A stretch of 64,000 bases of DNA from Thermoplasmata archaeon (GCA_021828195.1 JAKASQ010000002.1:344292-408291), one strand, 5' to 3'. Shown: positions 9,718 to 20,048, counted from the stretch's first letter. Numbers and translations: made by a program. Notes: a model not told the origin generated them from the sequence alone.

Positions 9718-10589
9718 CGTTCCTTGCCTTGCCGCTCCTTGCGAAATCCTCGCTGGCCCTCCTTGGATTCCTCAGGTGCACCCATCGACCGTCTTTGACT
9801 GCGTTCTTGCGCGGCGGCGTACAGGTCGAAGAATATCGAAAAGTCGTTGCGCCACTGGCCGCCTAAGTCCGAGAGCAACTGGCCAATCTCGTTCCAGCGC
9901 TCGCTGTCCGATTGAATCAAGTCGAGGGCGCGTTCCACGATGGAGGAGAACCCAGATGTGGAAGAGATGGAGGTAGTTCTGCTCGAACCCGGATTGTTTC
10001 TCCACCGTTCGTATTCTGACTGCCAGGCAAGAGCTGAGAGAATCGCGTAATCTGCGATCTGCTTCGGAGTCGCCCCGAACGCTCGCACAACCCAGTCGAC
10101 CTCATTTGCAACCCCCACAAACGGAGACCCACGGGGGGTACTCACAAGGCCGGAGGCTTCCTTCAGTGTCACTTCGGCCCACTTAAGCACAGCCGCCACA
10201 AGGGAGCTGTTCGATGAATAGGCACGACCTTCAAGTGCTCCCAGCGACTTCGACCAAAACGCTGCCTTGAACGTCGCCAAACGGGTCCAGGGGGCCGAGA
10301 AGTCCTCAGATCCGGCGGAGGTGAGAGTTCGGAAGCTACCCAAGAGACGCTCGAATTCCTGCTTCTGGGTGATATCGACCTTCCCGTCTGGCATTGAGGC
10401 GATGTTCAGGTCCTGGCCCGCCAGCCGAAGCGCGATTGCAACATTCGCAGCCATGGGCGACTTCACCCAGAGCGTCGATACCGTCAGTAGGCGATTTGCT
10501 TGGATGACAACCCTCTCGTAATCCCCCTCGTCCAAGAACTGCTCAGCAGCAGTAAGGATCTCTCCGAAGGCCGGCTCAGGTTCGGTCAA
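9714..10589 (-). CDS. Hypothetical, apparently alpha-helical protein
   Basis: 291-aa ORF in lower-GC DNA, coupled to the next gene by ATGA overlap. Confidence 0.65.
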   Translation of the reverse strand: MTEPEPAFGEILTAAEQFLDEGDYERVVIQANRLLTVSTLWVKSPMAANVAIALRLAGQDLNIASMPDGKVDITQKQEFERLLGSFRTLTSAGSEDFSAPWTRLATFKAAFWSKSLGALEGRAYSSNSSLVAAVLKWAEVTLKEASGLVSTPRGSPFVGVANEVDWVVRAFGATPKQIADYAILSALAWQSEYERWRNNPGSSRTTSISSTSGFSSIVERALDLIQSDSERWNEIGQLLSDLGGQWRNDFSIFFDLYAAAQERSQRRSMGAPEESKEGQRGFRKERQGKER

Positions 10590-10952
10590 ACTTCCCCAAC
10601 CTACGTGCCAAAGGTACGGTCCGCATACTTATCTCCTCCCGGGGAAGGGTTCCGTTGCGTATTCGCGGGGTGAGGAGGATTCCCCCCTCGATAGTCGCGG
10701 ACTCGACCCCGCGAAATTGAACAGCACCCGGTCACGCGGGACTCTATCGACATCGGGCCATCAGTGGCCTTTCGCACACTCTCCAGGACATCGTTCACAC
10801 CTCCATGGGGGGGACCCACACGAATCCCTCGGTCGTCGCCAGTAGCGAGCGCTTTCTGGTAGCCGCCCGGAAATAGTGCCTCGGGCGCACCTCTGCGGCG
10901 ACCATCCGCCCACTGGTGAGGGGAGGGACCCGGGAACGATCTGGAATCGTTC

Positions 10953-11378
10953 CTATCGGGAGTAGGCCCGAAGGGCGGCGTGGTCTTCTTCGTAGGACTT
11001 GTTGAGCATCTGCCTCACCAGAAGATTCGCCTCGTCCGAAGAGTGCCCCTTCGCAACGTACTCACCCACGATGCTCACGGCCGTCTTCCGTCCCTTCGGT
11101 GTGTAGAACGTGAAGGCTTTCGAGCCGGCCAGGGGCCCCTCCAAATACTCCACGGCGAAACCGAGGGGCGGGTAGAGGGTGATACGGTTCGTGACCTTCA
11201 CCCAAGCCCCGTCAGTTTCTACCTCGGAGGAGAGCTCGAGGACGCTTTCTCCTACCACCCGGCGTTCTTCGTTGCGACGGCCCTTATGAGCGGACCCATG
11301 CATGGGGTCCGAGAGGAACTTCCACACGACCTCGAGAGGAGCATCGAATTCACTCCCTTCATCTACGATATGCACCAT
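10953..11378 (-). CDS. SRPBCC/START-like protein
   Basis: MVHIVDEGSEFDAPLEVVWKFL; paralogous to 13003-13452. Confidence 0.7.
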   Translation of the reverse strand: MVHIVDEGSEFDAPLEVVWKFLSDPMHGSAHKGRRNEERRVVGESVLELSSEVETDGAWVKVTNRITLYPPLGFAVEYLEGPLAGSKAFTFYTPKGRKTAVSIVGEYVAKGHSSDEANLLVRQMLNKSYEEDHAALRAYSR

Positions 11379-11663
11379 GATCTCGCGCAGGACCTCAACC
11401 GCATAAGGCCGCTGACCCCTTAAGACCACAACCCACACGAATCGAGCAGGATCGGTGTCCCTGCAAGCGCTTTGGGACCTCTGTAGCGCGTGGGAAAACC
11501 CGCAGGGGAGTTTCGAACACTCCATCGGGCATGTTGGCCCATCAGCGTCTCCGTAAGCCCGTCAGGCGGATAGCCGCGCGTTGATGGAAGGCGCGCGCGG
11601 TCGATGACGGGACCGCAATCAGGGCCGCACGACATACCCCCGGCGGCCGCGGGCAATCGAGGT

Positions 11664-12065
11664 TCAATCCACAGAGGCGACCGCGTCGACCTCCAAGAGG
11701 AACTCTGGACGGAAAAGACGGCTCACTTGGACCGCTGTGCTCGTGGGGGGGTGCTGGGTGTTGATGAATCGATCCCGTACCTCACGAACCTCTGGGAGGT
11801 GCGTCACATCAAGGATGTAGTATGTGAGTCGCACCAGATCGTAAAACCGGGCGCCCGCGGATTCGAGGGCGGCTCCGAGGTTCTCAAAGACCTGCTCGGC
11901 TTGGCGCTGATAGTCATCCTGGCCGACCACGCCGCCGTTCGCGTCCATTGCGACCTGGCCCGCGATGAACACAAGCTTCCCGCCGTGTACCTCGGCGACG
12001 TGCGAATATCCGCTCGGCACGGCCATCGTCTTCGGGTTGTGAATCTTCACTCGTGGAACGGACAT
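11664..12065 (-). CDS. RidA (YjgF/YER057c) family protein
   Basis: GYSHV, FIAGQVA, QAEQVFENL, PTSTAVQVSRL, LLEVDAVA. Confidence 0.92.
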   Translation of the reverse strand: MSVPRVKIHNPKTMAVPSGYSHVAEVHGGKLVFIAGQVAMDANGGVVGQDDYQRQAEQVFENLGAALESAGARFYDLVRLTYYILDVTHLPEVREVRDRFINTQHPPTSTAVQVSRLFRPEFLLEVDAVASVD

Positions 12066-12482
12066 GCTAGCACAAATTGAGTCGGCCTTATCACAGTTGG
12101 CCCTCCGGAAGCTAACCCGCCCGGTTCGCCGCCTCGGGGGTCTCGAAGGCCCCTCGCAGCGAGCTTATCGCGGTCATCGATTCGCAGAGAGCGGGTAGGC
12201 ATAGGGCCGATACATCAAAGGCACGCCTTTGGGGCCGGCCACGTCGGCCCGTGTGGGTTAGAACCCGCCCAAGGCTGCTCCAGACCCGCCCGGACCTCTT
12301 CTCGCTCTCGAGGAATCAGGCCAGGGGCGGAGCGCTACGGCCCGCTTGAAAGGGGTGGGTTACCCCGTGGGGGCGTGCCTTAGGGCCTCAGCTGGGTGCC
12401 AGTCCCATTCGTCCCAACCCGATCTCTCAGCGCTTCGTCGGCGGGGATGATCATGACTCGGCAGACTCTCGCCTCCCCCCGC

Positions 12483-12947
12483 TCACCGCTTCGGGGCCCT
12501 CCGAGCAACCGTCGGGTGGATCATGACCTCGAAGTCCTTACCCCAGGTGGGAATCGATGCCTGAGAGGAGCCTCCCGATCCCCGCCATTTGGAAGCGAAG
12601 CGGATCAGAGTCAGCAGCACCGGAATCACGTCGGTTCCCTTGGCAGTAAGCTGCCAGCGAGTGAACGCGCGGTGGTGCTCCGCGCGGGAGAGGAATCCGT
12701 TCTCCTCAAGCTCTCTGAGTCGCAGGGCGAGAATCCGCTTGCTCATTCCGGGCGACTTTCGGAGCAGCTCGCTGAATCGCTGGGCTTGACCCAGTGCGAT
12801 GTTCATCAAGATGAGAAGGGCCCACTTGCGCCCCAGCACACCGAGGCTCGACTGTAGCGGATACACCAAGAAGTTGAGCCGGACTCTCATCTGGATGCTT
12901 GTACAGCCTCGGGGTGTGACGGTCACGACCGTCCTACTTTCTTTCAC
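12483..12947 (-). CDS. HxlR-family winged-helix transcriptional regulator (start uncertain)
   Basis: LGVLGRKWALLIL, RFSEL, LALRLRELEENG, LTAKG; divergent from the SRPBCC gene. Confidence 0.85.
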   Translation of the reverse strand: MKESRTVVTVTPRGCTSIQMRVRLNFLVYPLQSSLGVLGRKWALLILMNIALGQAQRFSELLRKSPGMSKRILALRLRELEENGFLSRAEHHRAFTRWQLTAKGTDVIPVLLTLIRFASKWRGSGGSSQASIPTWGKDFEVMIHPTVARRAPKR

Positions 12948-13002
12948 CTACTGACCCAAATACGTCACGGTCGATAGGGCTACTGCGGGAGAGTGAATCG
13001 CC

Positions 13003-13452
13003 GTGGTCTACGTAAAGGATGAGGGTAGTGAATTCGAGGCCCCGACCGACTTCGTCTGGAAGTACATCTTCGGTGGTGAAGGGCATGACGCCGCCCACAA
13101 GACAACTCGGAATCCGAAGTTCAAGAAAGTCTCGGACATCACCATCGAGTACGGATCCGAACGCTACCTCCGAGGAAAGTGGGCTCCGGATCGACTACGG
13201 ATCACGATGGTCGAGCCGATCTCCGTGACGACAGAGTGGATCGACGGGATTCTCGCGGGCTCGAAGTTCGTATACGTGTACTCGCCGAAGGGGGAGAAGA
13301 CTCGCATCGATGTCTACGGCGAGTTCACATCGAAGACGCTACCTCCGGGCGAGGTAGAGGCAGCCGCCCGAGAGTTCCTCGAGTCCGAGTTCAACGCGGA
13401 CGCTCCCGCCATCAAGGCCGAGTACGAGAAGGCGAAGAAGTCCCGAGGTTGA
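13003..13452 (+). CDS. SRPBCC/START-like protein
   Basis: MVYVKDEGSEFEAP...LAGSKF..YSPKG; paralogous to 10953-11378. Confidence 0.7.
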   Translation: MVYVKDEGSEFEAPTDFVWKYIFGGEGHDAAHKTTRNPKFKKVSDITIEYGSERYLRGKWAPDRLRITMVEPISVTTEWIDGILAGSKFVYVYSPKGEKTRIDVYGEFTSKTLPPGEVEAAAREFLESEFNADAPAIKAEYEKAKKSRG

Positions 13453-14241
13453 TCCGGGTCGCGGCCGCTGACGATCCCGCCGGGCTTCAGTTCGGCGGCC
13501 CAAAGGGGAGGGAGTCGCGCTCGATCATGTATCTCATCGTCGAGTGCGGGGACGGCGGGCCGGCCATCCCATCGACTTCAGGAGTCTGGCCGTACGGCCG
13601 GGGGCAATGCGACCGGCGCCCGAGTCGTTCTCGCGCGGTCCAGCGCTTTCCACGTTAGAGTGAGGAGTGCTCCCGTCGGAGCCTGATCGATCAGATCGGG
13701 CACCAGCTCACAGGGCCCCTCGCGAGTCAGCGTGTGGAGAACAGCCCGGGGGACATCGATCCCGTCAGTACGGGCGCCTTAACCGCACGACGTTCCGGGC
13801 GATCCTAGACTCGGCTGGCTGACCCTTTCGGGCCGGTCAAGATCCTGTGGTTCGCCACCCTAGGGGTGCGTTCGAAGTCCTGGTGTTTCCCCTTGGGTGC
13901 GGACCGCAAGGTCTTCGTCGTTTCTTACGTCGAAGAGGCCGAAGGAACGATAGAGACCACGCAGGATGGCGGATGCCGCTTCACCGTGGTACACCTGCGC
14001 CCATGAGTCCTCTTCGCCATGGGTAACATCTTTGCCGCCGGGGCCCTCCACGAGTACGTCCACCGCAAGCGTTTCATTGCGAACTCGGTCCACTTTCCGG
14101 TCCGTTGGGCTGCTACATTGCGGATGCGCGACGCGACGGGAGTAAGAGCCGCCTCACCGCGCCTCGCGGGCGACAATTCGTGCCTCTGGGGGAGGCGAAT
14201 TTGCCCCGGGCTTAAGTACGGGCGCCAGTTGAGAAATCGGC

Positions 14242-14826
14242 ATGGCTGAAGTCCTCCTCTTCCACCACGCCCAGGGGCAGACTGCCGGTTTCCTCGCCTT
14301 CGCGGACCAGCTTCGTCGCGCCCGGCACACGGTGCACACCCCAGACCTCTATGACGGGCATACGTTTGCCTCGATCGACGACGGTGTCGGGTACGCGAAG
14401 AAGGTCGGCTTCGGCACGATTGCCGAGCGGGGCAAGAAGGCAACCGAGGGCCTTCCGAGCGGCCTAGTCTACGCGGGCTTCTCGCTCGGCGTGATGCCGG
14501 CGCAGTCGCTCGCTCAGACCCGACCGGGCGCGAAGGGCGCGCTCCTCTTCTCCGCAGCCTTCCCGGCCGAAGAGTTCGGGAGACCATGGCCCGAGGGCGT
14601 CCCGCTGCAGATCCACATGATGGATAGGGACAAGTGGGTACTGGAAGGGGACCTCGACGCCGCCCGAAAACTGGTCAGCACTGTCAAAGAAGGCGAGCTC
14701 TTCCTCTACCCCGGTGAGCGCCATCTTTTCGCGGACAGCAGCCTCTCCGACTACGACCCGGAGGCGGCGGCCCACCTCACGCAACGTGTGCTCACCTTCC
14801 TGAGGAAGATAGACTCAAAGCCATGA
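14242..14826 (+). CDS. Dienelactone hydrolase family alpha/beta hydrolase
   Basis: LLFHHAQG, TPDLYDG, nucleophile elbow GFSLG, YPGERHLFAD. Confidence 0.88.
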   Translation: MAEVLLFHHAQGQTAGFLAFADQLRRARHTVHTPDLYDGHTFASIDDGVGYAKKVGFGTIAERGKKATEGLPSGLVYAGFSLGVMPAQSLAQTRPGAKGALLFSAAFPAEEFGRPWPEGVPLQIHMMDRDKWVLEGDLDAARKLVSTVKEGELFLYPGERHLFADSSLSDYDPEAAAHLTQRVLTFLRKIDSKP

Positions 14827-14986
14827 GTTGCCCCGAACACGGGACGGGCCTTCCTCCTAGAGCCGGCGAGAGTAGTGGTACCCCCCGCCGCACGCCCGCG
14901 AGGGTGACGTTTCAGGCGGAGAAGGGCCCACGCGTGAAGATTTTTTCCCTACCACGGTGTCGGGTCACGACACCCAGCACGCACCA

Positions 14987-15580
14987 ATGGCTTTCCCCTC
15001 GAAACCGCTCTGCTCCCAGACCTGGCCGGCCTTCGCTCGCCTCGTCGAGAAACACGGTGGAATCTTCGGCGGGTGCTGGTGCATCTCGTTTCATCTCGAG
15101 CCCGGGGAAGCGAAGCGCGGCGCGGCAGCGTACCGGGCGATGAAAGAGGCGCGAGTGCGGGAAGGCCGGGCGCACGCCGCTCTCGTCTTCGACGGTCCGA
15201 ACGCCGTCGGGTGGTGCCAGTTCGGCCCTACCGCGGAACTCCCCAACATCCGGAGCCAGAAGTCCTACGAAGAGGGACTGCGCCGGCTTCCCGATTGGCG
15301 CATCACCTGCTTTTTCATTGACCGGGAACGCCGCGGCGAGGGCATTGCCACGCTCGCCCTCCGCGAGGCGCTTCGACACATTGCTCGACTCGGAGGCGGA
15401 ACGGTCGAGGGGTACCCGGAGGACTACACGGACGAAAGGACGTCCTCCTCGTTCCTCTGTAGCGGAACCTTGAGGATGTTCGAGAAGTCGGGATTCCGGA
15501 AGACGCGCAAGATCGCGATGCGTCGATGGGTCGTGGTAAAGAGGGTTCCCCAAGCTCGGGCGAAGCACTCCACGAACTGA
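14987..15580 (+). CDS. GNAT-family acetyltransferase
   Basis: TWPAFARL, GGCWC, VGWCQFGP, WRITCFFID, RGEGIA; homologous to 8005-8628. Confidence 0.85.
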   Translation: MAFPSKPLCSQTWPAFARLVEKHGGIFGGCWCISFHLEPGEAKRGAAAYRAMKEARVREGRAHAALVFDGPNAVGWCQFGPTAELPNIRSQKSYEEGLRRLPDWRITCFFIDRERRGEGIATLALREALRHIARLGGGTVEGYPEDYTDERTSSSFLCSGTLRMFEKSGFRKTRKIAMRRWVVVKRVPQARAKHSTN

Positions 15581-15723
15581 ACCCCACACTTCAGGGGCGG
15601 GAGGCGGTCTAGACAAGTCGCGGTCCTGAGATTCCGGCAGGGCCTTTGATCCCGTGCGGAAGCCGTGCATTTGGCTCGCAGCGGTGGGTAGCCCGGACAG
15701 CCACGTCAGGAGGCAGGATCGAT

Positions 15724-16874
15724 CTAGAGTGGTGCGCCTGAAGTAGATGCGGTCACGTCCGGCCCGCCCTTCTCTCCTTCGCGCGGGTCGCGCCTCCGGT
15801 CCTCCTCGACGCGAGCGACCGGCTCACCCTGGAGCGTTGGGCTCGAGGGCGATCCACCCCTCACCTCCCCGTCCTTCGAGCCCGCATCCTCCTTCGCGCG
15901 GGGACCGGGGCGCAGAACCTTGAGATCGCCGGCGAGCTCGGCGCTCGGCCGAACACCGTTGCGCTCTGGCGGCAACGGTACCGCCTTCATGGGCTCCGCG
16001 GAGTCGAGTCCGATGCCCCCGACCGGGCTGCCTTCCTTCGATCCCTTCCGCTACCGTCAACCGGGTTCTCCACGCAACCCTCCACGAACGACCTCGGGGA
16101 GCGACCCTCTGGTCGACCCGCACGCTCGCTCGGGCCACCGGGGTGGGCGCCTCGATCGTTCGCCGAATCTGGAGACTCCATCGGCTCCAACCGCATCGGG
16201 TCCGCTCGTTCAAGGTCAGCCGCGACAAGCACTACATCGAGAAGGTCCACGACATCGTCGGTCTCTGCCTGAGCCCTCCCGAGCACGCCGGGGTCCTCTT
16301 GGTCGATGAGAAGACCCCGATCCAAGCCCTCGACCGAACCCCGACGACCCTTCCCCTCCGACCGTGCCTCCCCGAGACGCGGACGCACGATTATCGACGG
16401 AACGGGCACACCGACCTCTTCGCGGTCCTCAACACATTGAACGGAACCGTGGTGACGGAGTTCCACCTCCGTCATCGGAATCGGGAGTTCCGTCTCTTTC
16501 TCGACACGCTCGACCGCACGGTTCCGGAGGAGTTCCAGGCGCACGTAATCCTCGACCATCTCCGTGTCGACAAGCACCGCAACGTCAAGCGGTGGCTCGC
16601 GCGCCACCCCCGAATCCACTTCCATTTCGTGCCGACAAGTTCCTCGTTCATGAACCAGGCGGAGCGATGGTTCAAGCGGCTGACCGACACCCAAATCCGC
16701 CGAGGGGCGTTCCGCAGCGGGGGGGCCCTGAAGGAGAGGATCGAGGAGTTCGTGTCGACCTACAACGAGAATCCTCGACCCTTCATCCGGACTGCGATCC
16801 CCCATCGCCTGATTGGGAGCGGACGCCGAGCCCAAGCCCGGTTAAACGTAGAAGCGTCTGGCGCACTACACTAG
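15724..16874 (+). mobile_element. IS630-family element with a frameshifted transposase
   Basis: Imperfect terminal inverted repeats CTAGAGTGGTGCGCC and GGCGCACTACACTAG; HTH region RARILL...TVALWRQR; WSTRTLA; DDE motifs VDEK, ILDH, NQAERWF; frame break at the C-run near 16016-16020. Confidence 0.9.
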
Positions 16875-17968
16875 TCTCTTCCAATCCGCTCCAAGGAACG
16901 GCGAGCGGCCCGCAGGTGGAACATCCGGCCCGCCGCCCGTGGGAAGACCACGTAGATGGCCGCGTACACCTCCGCGGCCCACGTCTCGAGATCCGGGTTC
17001 CGGACATCGGGATGTTTTCCCAAGAAACGAAGGTAGGCTCGCGCCTCGCTCGCGACCTCGGAGCGAGTGCTGTGGGCGACCACGCGAGCCATGAGGGTCC
17101 CGACAAGCAATCGTTTTTCGATCTGGGTCGAGCGCGAGTCGAACCATGCCGCGTATCCGGGCAGGCAGAGATCGCGGCACAGCTGAGCGAGCCGAGAGCT
17201 GTCCTCCAGGCCATGGCGCAGCGACGATACCTGACCCGTTACGTTCGTCCCGTGGTGCCGATACTGGGTGAGGCGTCGATCGTCCAAGTAGAGTTCGTAC
17301 TGGGAGGCGACGCCCGCCACGAAGAGGAAGGGATCGGGGTTCTGGTACGCTACAAACCGGGGCGAGAGTTCGTCGGTCAGCACCTCCCGCCGAATGACGA
17401 TCGTGCTCGAGTTAAAGTACGAATACGTTCGCCGGATGGTGGGCAAGGCCGCGACCTTGGAGTCCGCGGCTACGTGCAGCGGTCCGGTCTGGTCGAAAAC
17501 CGGATCCACCTCGTTCGGAGCCCACGCCTTCCGCGGGATCGGGAATCCATCCGGGCCGATCACCGAGACGCGGTTGCGGTAGTACCCCACGTGGGGGTGG
17601 GTACGGAACACCTCGACCGCGTGCTGGAGCCGCACAGGATCGAAGAGATCGTCATCGTCCAGGAAGGCGATCAACGGAGCGTGCGATTTCCGGATGGCGC
17701 GCAGGAGCCAGGGCCCGATCCTCGGATCCGGATCGAGCAGGGAGATCACTCCCTTTCGGGCGAGGAACTCGTCCACCGGGGCCGACGGGAAGTTCTTGGT
17801 GACGATGATCTCGATCCGATCGCGGTCGAGCGTCTGGTCCAGAACCGATTGGACCGCGGCCGTTACGAACGTCGCTCGGGAGTAGGCTCCGATGATGACG
17901 GAGACGAGGGGGGCGGTCGACCCGGCGGATGGCGCTGGACCTCGGAGCATCTCTGGAGACTCTGCCAT
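16871..17968 (-). CDS. Glycosyltransferase family 2
   Basis: VSVIIGAY, AVQSVLDQT, IAFLDDDDLF. Confidence 0.9.
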   Translation of the reverse strand: MAESPEMLRGPAPSAGSTAPLVSVIIGAYSRATFVTAAVQSVLDQTLDRDRIEIIVTKNFPSAPVDEFLARKGVISLLDPDPRIGPWLLRAIRKSHAPLIAFLDDDDLFDPVRLQHAVEVFRTHPHVGYYRNRVSVIGPDGFPIPRKAWAPNEVDPVFDQTGPLHVAADSKVAALPTIRRTYSYFNSSTIVIRREVLTDELSPRFVAYQNPDPFLFVAGVASQYELYLDDRRLTQYRHHGTNVTGQVSSLRHGLEDSSRLAQLCRDLCLPGYAAWFDSRSTQIEKRLLVGTLMARVVAHSTRSEVASEARAYLRFLGKHPDVRNPDLETWAAEVYAAIYVVFPRAAGRMFHLRAARRSLERIGRD

Positions 17969-18189
17969 GGGATCGCAGATCACATTGAGGGGTGAAAGCG
18001 GAAACGACGGCCCCGTTCCCGAAGCGAGTCCATGCGGCCGACAGTCAACAAAGGCGCTTGATGCTTCCGCTGAGAAGCGGACGGGTGTGCCGGTCCCGAA
18101 GGTGCTTCGACCCGCGTGTGAGGCTAGATCATCCTGCCTCAACGAGCAGTTAAGTCCGAGAGGCCTCATCGATACCGAAGGCGAGTGCT

Positions 18190-19002
18190 GTGGGGCCGTA
18201 CGCAACCTCAGAGATCGCGGGCGAGAACCCGATCGGCGGTGGCGACTACTCCGTCATCTATGGGCGAGGTTGGGATGGAAACCCCGAGCTTGCAGCTTCC
18301 CAATCGCGCGCGACAGCGCGCCGCTTGCTTCCATTGGTGATCGAGGCAGTCGGAGGACCGCCCAAGACGGTCGTAGATGTGGGTTGCAACACGGGGATCT
18401 TCCTTCAAGAATTTCAACGGTTGGGCGTGGAAAGCGTGCTCGGTCTCGACGGTGAGTGGGTTCCGAGAGAACGGCTCCAGATTCCCACTTCCGCCTTCCG
18501 TGCGGTCGATTTGCGCAAGCCGGTCGCCCTCCCCGAGCATTTCGACCTCGCGATGAGTCTAGAGGTGGCGGAGCATCTGGAGCCGGAGTATGCGGACACC
18601 TTTGTCGATTCCCTCGTTTCCCTGGCGCCGATCGTACTATTCTCGGCCGCTCTTCCTCTCCAAAGGGGGACTCACCATGTCAACTGCCGTTGGCCGGAGT
18701 ACTGGGCGGAGAAGTTCCGCGCGCGGGGATATGTTCCCATCGACTGCCTGCGGGACCAGCTCCTTCCACTTCCCGACGTGGGGCATCCGTACGCCATGAA
18801 CACGATCCTCTACGTCGCGCGGGAGACTCTCCCGAAGCACCCGACGCTCCAAGACAGGCTCGATCCGCGAATGACCCGAGTTCCGATCAAGATCCGGACG
18901 GAGGACCATCCGTTGGCGTGGATGGCCAACCGGCTCCCGCCGCTGCCTCGCGAGTGGCTATTCTACGTCTCCCGTCGCCTCCTCCGGCACTCGCCTATCT
19001 AG
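18190..19002 (+). CDS. Class I SAM-dependent methyltransferase
   Basis: VVDVGCNTG, FDLAMSLEVAEHL, FSAALP.Q.GTHHVN. Confidence 0.88.
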   Translation: MGPYATSEIAGENPIGGGDYSVIYGRGWDGNPELAASQSRATARRLLPLVIEAVGGPPKTVVDVGCNTGIFLQEFQRLGVESVLGLDGEWVPRERLQIPTSAFRAVDLRKPVALPEHFDLAMSLEVAEHLEPEYADTFVDSLVSLAPIVLFSAALPLQRGTHHVNCRWPEYWAEKFRARGYVPIDCLRDQLLPLPDVGHPYAMNTILYVARETLPKHPTLQDRLDPRMTRVPIKIRTEDHPLAWMANRLPPLPREWLFYVSRRLLRHSPI

Positions 19003-19034
19003 CAGGGATCGTTCGCCGCTCGGGGATCTCGACG

Positions 19035-20048
19035 ATGACGAAGGCACTCATCTCGGTCGTCATCCCAGCGTTCAATCGCCGGGAGTTTCTCCGCGACGCC
19101 GTCGCTTCCGTGCTCGGCCAGACCCTTCCGCGATCGGACTTCGAGCTCGTCGTGATCAAGAATTTCGAGGAGCCCGACGTTGATGCTCGACGCGACGAAC
19201 CCGGGACGAAGATCCTGTGGGACGATAGCCTCGCCATCGGCGCCATGCTGACGCGGGCCCTCGATGTGTGCGAGGGAGAGGTCGTGTGCTTCCTGGACGA
19301 CGACGATCAGTTCGAGCCGGACAAGCTCTCCCGCATCGCTCGGCTTTTCCGGGAGGACCCGAGACGAACGTTCGTCCACGATGCCATCGCGCCGATGGAT
19401 CGGCTCGGCCACGTGCTCCCCGACTGGGGTCGCCTCCGCACGCAGCCGAGGGTATCCTATTCCGTGACGAGTGCTTCCGAGCGATCGACGAGGACGCCCG
19501 ACTTCTTCCGCAACGGCGTCAGCGTGAACCTCAGCGCGATGAGCGTGCGCACTTCGCTCCTCCGCACCGTGGCGGATCGATTCCGCCAGGTCGAAGCGAG
19601 CCCGGACATCTTCGTGTTCTTCGCCGCGCTGGCGAGCGAAGGAACCCTCTGGATCGAGGCCCGCCGCCTGACCCGTTATCGCTTCCACTCCAGCGCCAGC
19701 CACGCCGAGATCGACGAAGGAGGCTGGGTCTCAGAGGCCCGAAGGCTCGCCCGAGAGGAACGGACGGTGGAGCTCGTGGAGGAGATGACCCGGGGGAAAC
19801 CGGCCGAAACCGCCGGCCGGGGCTATGCGGCCGAGGCTCGATTTCAGTGCTATCTGATGGTCCCGGGAGCGCCCCCGCCGAGCTGGGGCCAGTTTGCCGA
19901 GCTTCTCCGCGCCGCCTGGGCGCGAAGGCAGGCTTACCTCGCCTCTCGGGCGTTGTGGGCTCTTGCCAAGCGGATGGCACCCCGGTGGGCCACTCAAGCG
20001 TACCACCGCCGCTCGCACGATCGCCACTCCCCCGGCGGCGCTCCGTAG
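19035..20048 (+). CDS. Glycosyltransferase family 2
   Basis: ISVVIPAFNRREFL, SVLGQT, VCFLDDDDQF. Confidence 0.9.
   Translation: MTKALISVVIPAFNRREFLRDAVASVLGQTLPRSDFELVVIKNFEEPDVDARRDEPGTKILWDDSLAIGAMLTRALDVCEGEVVCFLDDDDQFEPDKLSRIARLFREDPRRTFVHDAIAPMDRLGHVLPDWGRLRTQPRVSYSVTSASERSTRTPDFFRNGVSVNLSAMSVRTSLLRTVADRFRQVEASPDIFVFFAALASEGTLWIEARRLTRYRFHSSASHAEIDEGGWVSEARRLAREERTVELVEEMTRGKPAETAGRGYAAEARFQCYLMVPGAPPPSWGQFAELLRAAWARRQAYLASRALWALAKRMAPRWATQAYHRRSHDRHSPGGAP

Noticed and set aside
13860-14240. Possible decayed ORF upstream of the hydrolase
   Set aside because: Interrupted by a stop, and I recognise no family.
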